Assembly (NCBI GenBank): GCA_964361825.1
Contig: CAYICB010000001.1
Location: 30,644 to 94,643 of the forward strand
Direction of reading: 5' to 3'
DNA from: an uncultured Candidatus Saccharibacteria bacterium
GTDB lineage: Bacteria > Patescibacteriota > Minisyncoccia > Phycocordibacterales > JACOZG01
Length of the DNA: 64,000 nucleotides
Under the pieces are notes generated by a model. That model searched no databases, was not told the DNA's origin, and was given only the letters and a program-made list of their open reading frames with translations. Positions 9,466 through 16,693 of the stretch are shown here, piece by piece; position 1 is the stretch's first letter, and each line of letters starts with the position of its first letter. Position numbers and translations under genes: made by a program.

Positions 9466-10050
9466 ATGACGGAATTTAAATTTAGTTACGAAACTCGCTC
9501 ACTAATTGTTGGGATAATTTTACTCGTGCTGGTGGGGCTTGCTTCTGAACCAGTAAAAAACTTCAAACCCGTAAACACCATTAAAAGAGCGGTGCTGGAA
9601 CCGGAAAAATTTTCTGGCGTAAAATTTTTCCGGTTGGGCGAAATCATCGAACCCGCAGAAGTTACCCCCACAAAAAATGAAGAAATTATTCGCTCCCCCA
9701 AATCCTCACCGCTTGGGGTTAACTTTCAAGTAAATAAATGCAGTGGCTACTTAAACCAATTTCTCACTTTCGCCCCACCGCTCGCTCCGCCAGTTGGCGG
9801 CTGCCCAAAACCAGACCTCTCGGCCCTCGACCCCACCCTACCCGCCAATCAAGTTTGCCTCGAATTTATCGCCACCATCCCCGCCTGCACCACGCCGCTA
9901 GAATTCCCTCGACGCAATGGCGAGCAGGCGTCCACCCTTTCGCCGAATTGCCAAAATTTTATTAAAGAAGAATTTAATTACAATGCCTGCTTCGACACTC
10001 ACCGCCATGACCCCGACTTTCTCCTGCCAGAGTGGCGGGTGTATGAGTAG
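9466..10050 (+). CDS. hypothetical membrane-anchored Cys-rich protein
   Basis: N-terminal TM helix (LIVGIILLVLVGLA), a Pro-rich middle and 8 Cys. Confidence 0.4.
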   Translation: MTEFKFSYETRSLIVGIILLVLVGLASEPVKNFKPVNTIKRAVLEPEKFSGVKFFRLGEIIEPAEVTPTKNEEIIRSPKSSPLGVNFQVNKCSGYLNQFLTFAPPLAPPVGGCPKPDLSALDPTLPANQVCLEFIATIPACTTPLEFPRRNGEQASTLSPNCQNFIKEEFNYNACFDTHRHDPDFLLPEWRVYE

Positions 10051-10077
10051 AGCAAAATAAATTTTTCGAACAAAACA

Positions 10078-10125
10078 AAACCCCCTGATCACCTTGTCGC
10101 GAGACAAAGTTTCAGAGGGTTTTAG
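10078..10125. terminator. bidirectional hairpin between convergent genes
   Basis: AACCCCCTGA...TCAGAGGGTT stem with an inner TTGTC-GCGA-GACAA hairpin, flanked by an A-run and a T-run. Confidence 0.5.
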
Positions 10126-10151
10126 TTTCTTAAACACAATTTGCAAAGTAT

Positions 10152-10739
10152 TTAAGAAACTTTGCGATAAACAATCACATCGCCGCTAGACCTCCCGCTC
10201 TCAACCGAGTCGAGGCCGAAGTTCCACCCGCCATCGCCCCCGCCGCTCCAGCACGCGTATATTGCCCATCCGTAAGAATAGAAAATATACGTGTGCTCAC
10301 GACTTGCCGTTTTCAGAAACTCGTAGATCGTCCTGAGCGAGACTTGCAACCTTCCCAAACGACCAAGTGTTTTAAAAATTGCTCTATCGAGCGAAGCGCC
10401 AACCAACTTCTGCTGACAAAGCCGAGTCTCGGATGCTGGCGACTCTACATACACATACACTTGATTGAGTAGGATCTTGATACCTTCCACGGAGTAGATC
10501 GGCAGTTCGGCGTCGGGCGCGGTATTGACGACGAATTTCCGGATGACATCGAAAAGTTCAGTGGCGGCGGGGATAGTGGTGGTACCAACGAAATCGAGAA
10601 GCGCAGTTTCCTCGATGGTCACTGTCACTTCTCCGGCAATCAACTTTTTGGCGTTCTTTTCGCCAATGACATTGATGAGAGCCTCAACCTGACCGCGCGT
10701 CCAATCTAAATACTTAGAAGTAATGGCCACGATAACCAA
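10152..10739 (-). CDS. hypothetical protein
   Basis: 195-aa ORF with a Gly-rich C-terminus and no recognisable motif. Confidence 0.4.
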   Translation of the reverse strand: MVIVAITSKYLDWTRGQVEALINVIGEKNAKKLIAGEVTVTIEETALLDFVGTTTIPAATELFDVIRKFVVNTAPDAELPIYSVEGIKILLNQVYVYVESPASETRLCQQKLVGASLDRAIFKTLGRLGRLQVSLRTIYEFLKTASREHTYIFYSYGWAIYACWSGGGDGGWNFGLDSVESGRSSGDVIVYRKVS

Positions 10740-10897
10740 CCTTTCCGACTAAAAGTCGAAAACTTACCTCTACCCGAGGCTGGGACACTCATTTCAATGA
10801 GCGAATTTCTGCACCAAGCTTAGCATATTTGATAGCCACTTGTCAAGTAGGATAAAAAATGGCTCAAAATAAGGGTTTTTAGCAACCACAGCTAAAC

Positions 10898-11377
10898 CTA
10901 AAGTCCCAATAATCTAAAAATCGCTATGCCGGCGGCGGTGGCCACATTGAGCGATTCTTTCTGGCCGCGCAAAGGAATTTCGATAATCGCCTCGCAGAGT
11001 TTGAGAATTTTTTGGTCGAGGCCCGTGACTTCATTACCTAGCACCAGCGCCGCGCCGCCAATTAATTTGAACTTTTTATAATCGACTGAATTTTTGGCCT
11101 GTTCGAGCGCCACAATTTTTATTCCCCCACTTTTTAGCTTTTTGATTAAACGAGGAAAACTGATTACTTTTTCATACGCCACCAACTTCTCTGCCCCCAA
11201 GGCTGTTTTCGCGATTGTGGCATTAGCGCGATCAAAACGATCACGCGGTGCCGGCGTGTAACCCGTTAAAAATATCTTTTTAACCCCCGCCGCTTCCGCC
11301 GTGCGAAAAATCGCCCCCACATTGTGCGCGCTTCTCAAATTATGAAGAATCAAACTAAGTTCTGTTTGTTGAAACAA
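10898..11377 (-). CDS. TrmH/SpoU family RNA 2'-O-methyltransferase
   Basis: HNLRSAHNVGAIFRTAEAAG and the C-terminal motif LNVATAAGIAIFRL. The listed ORF's first 20 codons overlap tRNA-Lys, so the start was moved to in-frame TTG at 11377. Confidence 0.7.
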   Translation of the reverse strand: MFQQTELSLILHNLRSAHNVGAIFRTAEAAGVKKIFLTGYTPAPRDRFDRANATIAKTALGAEKLVAYEKVISFPRLIKKLKSGGIKIVALEQAKNSVDYKKFKLIGGAALVLGNEVTGLDQKILKLCEAIIEIPLRGQKESLNVATAAGIAIFRLLGL

Positions 11378-11379
11378 AG

Positions 11380-11452
11380 TCCGCCCGGGGGGAATCGAAC
11401 CCTCGACCGTCTGCTTAAAAGGCAGCTGCTCTACCAACTGAGCTACGGGCGG
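11380..11452 (-). tRNA. tRNA-Lys (anticodon UUU)
   Basis: Reverse complement CCGCCCGTAGCTCAGTTGGTAGAGCAGCTGCCTTTTAAGCAGACGGTCGAGGGTTCGATTCCCCCCGGGCGGA folds as a cloverleaf. Acceptor CCGCCCG/CGGGCGG, anticodon loop CTTTTAA, T-loop TTCGATT. There is one G-A and one A-C mismatch in the stems. Confidence 0.7.
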
Positions 11453-11531
11453 ATAATGAGATAACTTAACATATTATTCATCAAATTGACAAAAGCTTGA
11501 CTAAAATAGCAATATGGTCTAATCTCTGACC

Positions 11532-11722
11532 TTACAGGTTGAGGAAGGACCAGACGGATGCGAGGCCGCATCAATCATTAGGCTCAAAGGGGGCAATAAA
11601 CAAAACTAAGGCCCCAACTCTTCTGGTAGCACGGTGGGGTGATTGGTGACCACCATGCGTCTATCTTCCAAAAAACCTTAGGGGTCGAGTTGGCTGATGG
11701 AGCTAGCCGACCCCGTTTTTTT
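11532..11722 (+). ncRNA. candidate small non-coding RNA (identity unresolved: 6S / SRP-like / other)
   Basis: A sigma70-like promoter (TTGACT, 17 nt, TAATCT) sits at 11497-11525. About 190 nt with no ORF follow, containing several internal hairpins (GATGCG-AGGC-CGCATC and GCACGGTGG...CCACCATGC). It ends with a GC-rich hairpin 11681-11714 plus a T8 run. Confidence 0.3.
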
Positions 11723-11726
11723 ATCC

Positions 11727-11764
11727 AAAAAAAATCCGGCCGAGCGCGTGGCTCGAGCCGGATT
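11727..11764 (-). terminator. rho-independent terminator of the P-loop kinase gene
   Basis: Hairpin ATCCGGCCGAGCG-CGTG-GCTCGAGCCGGAT, followed on the - strand by T8. Confidence 0.7.
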
Positions 11765-11780
11765 TTGGTTTACTCAAAGA

Positions 11781-12311
11781 TCAGTCGATTGCCGCCATGA
11801 TGATTTTTGCCCCTTCTGCCGGAGTAAGATTGGTGGTATTGATGATCAAATGGAACATCTCAAACTTAGGCGGGTACACGATGTCATACAACCTCTCAAA
11901 CCGCCGGCGATCATCCCTCTCGCGCCCCAAAACAAGGCCTCCGACCTTATCCACATCAGTGACCCCCTCTCTTTTTGCCAGTCGAGCAAAGCGAACAAGA
12001 TCATCGCACCACAAACAGATTTTGTAAGACTCGGGCAAGAAATGCCAACCTAAACGAGCGTCACACAAAACTGGTTTACCCACACGGCAACGACGGGGAA
12101 TGATTTCGCGGTCAACCCGATAATCGTGTTCCAAATCCGCCGACTCTCCGGCCTGCGCTTCAATAGTCACACTCCTTAAGGCGGCATGCTCTCGCTGAAT
12201 ATCGCCAGCCGAAATGAATTCTCGATTGCTTCGCGCAGAAACAATCTTTCCAATATCCCCCTTGCCCGCACCACACACCCCAAACAAAGTCACAATGTTC
12301 TTTCGGGCCAT
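11781..12311 (-). CDS. P-loop NTPase, cytidylate kinase-like family
   Basis: Walker A LFGVCGAGKGD, 176 aa. Confidence 0.5.
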   Translation of the reverse strand: MARKNIVTLFGVCGAGKGDIGKIVSARSNREFISAGDIQREHAALRSVTIEAQAGESADLEHDYRVDREIIPRRCRVGKPVLCDARLGWHFLPESYKICLWCDDLVRFARLAKREGVTDVDKVGGLVLGRERDDRRRFERLYDIVYPPKFEMFHLIINTTNLTPAEGAKIIMAAID

Positions 12312-12345
12312 TAGGCACCTTCCTTTCTCCCCTCACCCTGCCACA

Positions 12346-13008
12346 CTATAAACCCAAAATCAAGCGTTCTAAACCAACTTCTAAGTCGCGTTCGCCGCGG
12401 CGCGAAGCGTGGAAGATGCCGACCAGCTCGCGAGACAGAGTTTTCAATTCTTCAGTTTCATAATTTTTAGCAGCAAATTCGGCCTTGCTCGCCACGAAGG
12501 GGTTTAGGGTTTTCACATTTTCCGGTCCGGCTTTCACTAAGAGTAAATTCTTAATTTGCCATTGGAACTTCCAGAAAATTTCTTCCGCTGGTAAGCCACT
12601 CATCAGCGCTTTCTCGAAGGTTACCCAGAGCTTCTTGCGATCACGCGCGCCAAGCGCATCGCTTAGAGCAAAAACATTGAAAGGCGCTTTTGCTGGAGAG
12701 CTTTTGGCTTCTAGAATTTTACCACCTAATTTAATAACTTTTTTATTTAAAGCCGCGCCAAGTTCTTCTTCTATAAACACAAACTTCGTTTGCGACTCAA
12801 CTAATCGAGAAAGCAGTTCTTCAATTTCAGTTTCAAAATTGGCGAGCAAATCTTCGCCATGCACTGCGAGCTTCTCGCCAAAGAGCGACTTGCCGTCAAT
12901 TAATTCTTCTAGTTGCGCTCGCGAAAAGTTCTCCCGATTAAACTTCGCGGTATATCCGCCAGCTGGCGGATGCGCCTTAGGTCTCATTTTTACATAAACT
13001 TCTAACAT
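12346..13008 (-). CDS. DNA polymerase III delta subunit-like protein (HolA-like, short)
   Basis: The C-terminal region LWVTFEKALMSGLPAEEIFWKFQWQIKNLLLVK resembles HolA domain III. Weak call. Confidence 0.35.
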   Translation of the reverse strand: MLEVYVKMRPKAHPPAGGYTAKFNRENFSRAQLEELIDGKSLFGEKLAVHGEDLLANFETEIEELLSRLVESQTKFVFIEEELGAALNKKVIKLGGKILEAKSSPAKAPFNVFALSDALGARDRKKLWVTFEKALMSGLPAEEIFWKFQWQIKNLLLVKAGPENVKTLNPFVASKAEFAAKNYETEELKTLSRELVGIFHASRRGERDLEVGLERLILGL

Positions 13009-13803
13009 CTAGAGATCAAGGGTCACACCAACCGGCGCATGATCCGAACCCAGCACTTCACCCAAGATAAACGCTTTTTTCACCTTATTTTTCAGCTTCT
13101 CGCTGACCCAAAATTGATCTATCCGCCAGCCCACATTACGGTCGCGGGCATGCGTTTTCTGGTCCCACCAACTATATTCTACCTTCTCCGGATGGAGCAA
13201 ACGAAATGAATCGGTAAAGCCCGCCGCCACAAATTTGTCGAGCCAAGCGCGCTCTATCGGCATAAAGCCCGAGTTTTTCTCATTCTCCTTCGGTCGCGCC
13301 AAATCAATGGGGAAATGAGCGGTGTTTACATCACCGCCGAAAATAATATTCTTCCCTTTCTTAAGCAAAGATTTATTGTACTCGAGAAATTCATCATAAA
13401 ATTTGAGCTTATAGTTTAGCCGCTCCTCGCCCGAACCGCCATTGGGAAAATAAATGTTTTGGTAAATAAAGTCGCCAAAGTCGAGCTCGATCATCCGACC
13501 CTCGCGGGTGAGAATGCTGGAGTAGCCAGACCGCGGATTATCGCCAAAATCCTTGGTAAACTTCTTCGGTTTTTCTTTAGTATAAACCCCCACGCCGCTA
13601 TAACCCTTCTTCTCTTTCTCCAAGTCCCAATAAGCGATGTAACCATCGGGGTGCGTCAAAGCCGCGCTCAACTTGATTTCATCATCAATCTTCACCTCCT
13701 GCAAACCCACCGCATCAGCTTTACTCTCGGCCAACCACTTGGGAAAACCCTTCTTCTCCGCCGCCCGAATCCCATTCACATTCCACGAGATAAAAGTCTT
13801 CAT
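13009..13803 (-). CDS. xth: exodeoxyribonuclease III (AP endonuclease)
   Basis: MKTFISWNVNGIRAAEKKGF...LQEVK and the C-terminal SDHAP motif. Confidence 0.9.
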   Translation of the reverse strand: MKTFISWNVNGIRAAEKKGFPKWLAESKADAVGLQEVKIDDEIKLSAALTHPDGYIAYWDLEKEKKGYSGVGVYTKEKPKKFTKDFGDNPRSGYSSILTREGRMIELDFGDFIYQNIYFPNGGSGEERLNYKLKFYDEFLEYNKSLLKKGKNIIFGGDVNTAHFPIDLARPKENEKNSGFMPIERAWLDKFVAAGFTDSFRLLHPEKVEYSWWDQKTHARDRNVGWRIDQFWVSEKLKNKVKKAFILGEVLGSDHAPVGVTLDL

Positions 13804-13866
13804 TGGGCCGATTGTAGCATAAGATTTGATCTTGAGTTAAAAACAAAATCATGTTAGTTTGTAAAC

Positions 13867-14106
13867 ATGACCAAAGCTAAAGTCCTCAGTGAAAAAATTA
13901 ATTTAACTGCCCGAGTCTTCAAAGAAGGAAAAATGTATGTGTCTCACAACCCAGAACTAAATGTGGCGAGTTGTGGCAACACCGCCGAAGAAGCAACGCT
14001 TAATCTCCGTGATGCCGTGTCTGGTTTTCTTAAATCGGCTAATAAATTAGGAACTTTAGAAGAAATTCTTGAAGAAAAAGCCTTCACGCGAGTATTTGTT
14101 GTTTGA
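13867..14106 (+). CDS. HicB/UPF0150-family antitoxin-like small protein
   Basis: Motif YVSHNPELNVASCGNTAEEATLNLRDAV matches the UPF0150/HicB N-domain pattern (Y.A.vPdLpgc.tqG.T.EEAl.N..EA). Its 3' end overlaps the RT gene 3' end by 23 bp, convergently. Confidence 0.55.
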   Translation: MTKAKVLSEKINLTARVFKEGKMYVSHNPELNVASCGNTAEEATLNLRDAVSGFLKSANKLGTLEEILEEKAFTRVFVV

Positions 14107-15067
14107 GTTTAAAACTATTCCCCCACCCCAGCAAACCCAAATACGAATTAATCACCGCCGGTTCTGGTTTCTGGGTCAGTCTTTTCAACATTCTCTTCTT
14201 CGTCACTGTTCTTAACACCCGATGATCGGGAAAGTGAATCCAACCGAGAAAATCAACACCAGAGGCAAGAGTCTGAATGGAAATTTTCTTCGGGTGCATG
14301 GAGAGCTTGAGTTTATTCCTCAAGAAATCTTGCATGAGCGGCAAAATCTGTTCTAGATATGCACGATCAGGGGACACAACCACAAAGTCATCGGCATAAC
14401 GGACATAATATTTTATTTTAAGCTTGTGCTTCACGAACTGATCAAACTCGTTCATGTAAATATTTACAAACAGTTGCGAGGTGAGATTGCCGAGTGGAAG
14501 ACCCACACCGTTTCTGCCCGAATTGAAGCTACCGAGAACAACAGAGAGAAGCCAGATAATATCTTGATCCGGAATGTATTTGCTTATAATCACAAGCAAA
14601 GTGGTCTGATCAATGTTTGCAAAAAACTTCTTGATATCGCATTTTAGCGCCCAAGTAGCTCTTGTGTTATTTCGCGAGATGATGTCGGTAAATTGTTGGA
14701 AACGCTTAAGCGCCCGGTGCACCCCCTTGCCGATTTGGCAGGAATGAGAATCTGAAATAAATGTCTTAGTGAAAAACGGAGAAAGCATCCGGTGCAAAGC
14801 ATGGTGAAGCAACCTGTCGCGCACACTTGCCTTGTGAATATCGCGTGGTTTGGGATCGGAAATTTTAAATGCCTGATATTTTGAGTGTGAATATGCCTTA
14901 GCAACAAGCTCGTGATGAAGCGAGACTATGTTTGTCATCAAGTTTCGCTCGAACATCTGCACATCTTGGCGGGCTCGCTTGCCACGCACGAATTCTTTCC
15001 ACGCCTTGAGAAGATTCTCGAGCGAGATGATATCATCATGTGTATGTTGAAAAATAATTTTGGGCAT
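14084..15067 (-). CDS. DGR reverse transcriptase
   Basis: RT motifs present: CDIKKFFANIDQ (motif 3), GLPLGNLTSQLFVNIYMNEFD (motif 4, with the DGR-specific [ILV]GxxxSQ), YVRYADDFVVV (YxDD), and a C-terminal GLLGWGNSFKLKQ. 327 aa. Confidence 0.9.
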   Translation of the reverse strand: MPKIIFQHTHDDIISLENLLKAWKEFVRGKRARQDVQMFERNLMTNIVSLHHELVAKAYSHSKYQAFKISDPKPRDIHKASVRDRLLHHALHRMLSPFFTKTFISDSHSCQIGKGVHRALKRFQQFTDIISRNNTRATWALKCDIKKFFANIDQTTLLVIISKYIPDQDIIWLLSVVLGSFNSGRNGVGLPLGNLTSQLFVNIYMNEFDQFVKHKLKIKYYVRYADDFVVVSPDRAYLEQILPLMQDFLRNKLKLSMHPKKISIQTLASGVDFLGWIHFPDHRVLRTVTKKRMLKRLTQKPEPAVINSYLGLLGWGNSFKLKQQILA

Positions 15068-15074
15068 AAAGATG

Positions 15075-15105
15075 GTCAGTCAGTCAGTCAGTCAGTCAGT
15101 CAGTA
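15075..15105. repeat. tetranucleotide microsatellite (GTCA)x7.5
   Basis: gtcagtcagtcagtcagtcagtcagtcagt(a) lies 8-38 bp upstream of the RT ATG (15065-15067) and 16-46 bp upstream of the avd TTG start (15121). Confidence 0.95.
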
Positions 15106-15120
15106 AAGATTTTACCCGTT

Positions 15121-15474
15121 TTGAGTAAGGTCAAGAGTGGATATCTAACATGGTACAAATTTTATCAAGAGATCCCTAAAACACACCGATACTCACTCGG
15201 CCAGCGCACAGACAACCTGTTTGTCGAAGTGATTGAAGCAATTTCGGCGGCGAGTTTTCTCTCGAGAGAGGAAAAGCAACCATATGTGAGACTTGCAATA
15301 AAGAAACTCGATACTCTACGAGTACTTCTCATGATTCTCTGGGAGACAAGATCTTTTGACGACAAGAAATACATTGCCCTATCGGTCATTCTTGGTGAGG
15401 CCGGGAAAATGCTCGGTGGTTGGAATGGCCAGCTTACAAAACAAAACTCTCCTACAAAAGCAGGAGAGAAATGA
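15121..15474 (+). CDS. avd: Avd-like accessory variability determinant (four-helix-bundle protein)
   Basis: 117 aa. IPKTHRYSLGQRTDNLFVEVIEAI and the C-terminal LGEAGKMLGGWNGQ...KAGEK resemble Bordetella phage BPP-1 Avd (IPRKHGVAREMFLK ... IAEVGRILGSW...GQAGK). TTG start; the frame stays open upstream through the microsatellite to a GTG at 15079. Confidence 0.6.
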   Translation: MSKVKSGYLTWYKFYQEIPKTHRYSLGQRTDNLFVEVIEAISAASFLSREEKQPYVRLAIKKLDTLRVLLMILWETRSFDDKKYIALSVILGEAGKMLGGWNGQLTKQNSPTKAGEK

Positions 15475-15480
15475 AGAGAG

Positions 15481-15607
15481 TTGCGGGACAACAAACGCGA
15501 ACCCGCCGTTGTCGTTCCACTCGTCGTCTGGCCTGTCGTAGTTGGCGTTCAGCCAACCACCATCGTCGTTGCGGTTCGCGTTGAGCAAGTTCGGATCGCC
15601 GTCGGAA
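15481..15607 (-). repeat. DGR template repeat (TR)
   Basis: 127 bp, near-identical to 15980-16112. At every one of the 14 mismatches this copy has T on the + strand (A on the - strand). It encodes an Asn-rich reading (NANRNDDGGWLNANYDRPDDEWNDNGGFAFVV). Confidence 0.85.
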
Positions 15608-15934
15608 ACACACAGGAAACCATCAGTGTCACTGCCCCTCGAATACTCTTAGGGCTGTATCGAATCCGGCATCGTAATGCCTTAGTCTCCCGTGCCAAGT
15701 ATCTTCGTTTTTTAACAGTTACATGCATCACTCTATCTGAAGCCATGACCGCAGATAATCTCGATGCACGGATACTGGGTTCGGTAGCGGGAAGCCGTAA
15801 CCGCCCGCATATTCACCTACTACCATTTAAATTTTAGCATAATAAAACCCCATGCCAGATTGCATGAGGTTGGAGTTTGATACGCTGTGTCTCCCGAGCG
15901 TTTGGCAATTGCTTGCCGTAGGACTAAGGTCCAA

Positions 15935-15961
15935 GGAACCAAGCGCTAGGGCTTAGGTTCC
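15935..15961 (-). promoter_or_regulatory. GC-rich stem-loop immediately 3' of the VR (candidate DGR homing hairpin)
   Basis: GGAACCAAGC-GCTAGG-GCTTAGGTTCC, about 19 nt beyond the VR end on the - strand. Confidence 0.5.
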
Positions 15962-15973
15962 AAGGTATCAGTA

Positions 15974-16693
15974 CTACTTTTGCGGGACAGGGACAACAAA
16001 CGCGAACCCGCCGCTGCCGTTCCACTCGCCGTCCGGCCTGTCGTAGTGGGCGCCCAGCCAACCACCACCGTCGAGGCGGTACGCGTGGAGCAAGCGCGGA
16101 TCGCCGTCGGAATCCTTGATGGGTTCGTGCATCGTGACGATGTACCACAGACCCATCTGTTCCAACTGCTCGTCCGTGAATGTGTCGCGGATCAGGCAGG
16201 CGACCTCCCAATGAGGCTTGACCCAGCCCTTCTTGTCGGCGGCCGCACGAATCTTCTTCGTGATACGGTCACTGATCTTCTGGCCCGGGCGCACCACGAT
16301 GTTGTAGGTGACGCCATTGGTCGGCGCTTCGCTTGCGCGACGCAGCACTTGACGTGCATAGTCGCCGATTCTCCAACCGCGACGCTCGAGGTACTGTTCC
16401 CACTGTTCGCGGGTAAAGCCATTCGAGGTGAGCGTGAAGTGGATGTTGCCCTCATCATCGACGGTCCATGCGGTCGGTGTCGGCGCGGTCGTCGGAATGG
16501 CAGCTCCTTCGCTTTCGGGAACTTCACCGGGTTGTTCATCAACTATGCCCTGCAAAATGTCAACAACCTGTTCTGGGTCTCGTTTTCCATCAAGAACCAG
16601 TTTGCCAACATTTGCCTGAAGCTTCCATAGTCTCTCGTACACGTTGTTGCTCACAACCATCTCCTTTTTGAAGAACTTACACCCGCTACTCAC
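15974..16693 (-). CDS. DGR target (variable) protein with C-terminal C-type-lectin/FGE-like VR
   Basis: 239 aa. The C-terminal 44 codons (LLHAYRLDGGGWLGAHYDRPDGEWNGSGGFAFVVP) are the VR. There is no obvious signal peptide. The gene is markedly more GC-rich than the neighbouring RT and avd genes. Confidence 0.8.
   Translation of the reverse strand: MSSGCKFFKKEMVVSNNVYERLWKLQANVGKLVLDGKRDPEQVVDILQGIVDEQPGEVPESEGAAIPTTAPTPTAWTVDDEGNIHFTLTSNGFTREQWEQYLERRGWRIGDYARQVLRRASEAPTNGVTYNIVVRPGQKISDRITKKIRAAADKKGWVKPHWEVACLIRDTFTDEQLEQMGLWYIVTMHEPIKDSDGDPRLLHAYRLDGGGWLGAHYDRPDGEWNGSGGFAFVVPVPQK
15980..16112 (-). repeat. DGR variable repeat (VR)
   Basis: Matches the TR except for 14 substitutions, all at TR-adenine positions on the - strand. 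A 6-bp GGGACA duplication lies at the 3' (IMH) end. The VR ends 4 nt before the target stop codon. Confidence 0.85.

Larger units (their letters stand above)
14084..16693 (-). mobile_element. diversity-generating retroelement (DGR) cassette: target gene with VR, TR, avd (opposite strand), RT
   Basis: Components are listed individually below. Confidence 0.85.

Noticed and set aside
11545-11570. Calling the ncRNA candidate an SRP RNA
   Set aside because: GGAAGG is present, but the conserved AGCA of the helix 8 internal loop and a clean apical tetraloop hairpin could not be built by hand. It is left as unassigned.
11697-12053. + strand ORF overlapping the P-loop kinase gene
   Set aside because: It starts inside the terminator hairpin and lies fully antisense to a gene with a Walker A motif. 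It has no recognisable features.
15379-15588. 69-aa - strand ORF reading through the TR
   Set aside because: It is the Asn-rich reading of the template repeat, not an independent gene. It has no start context and runs into avd antisense sequence.
15481-15837. + strand ORFs 15481..15837 and 15980..16630, and - strand alternate frames 15924..16211 and 16192..16542
   Set aside because: They are antisense or alternate-frame readings of the GC-rich TR, VR and target gene. The - strand frame, with the VR at the C-terminus and DGR target features, is the coherent one.
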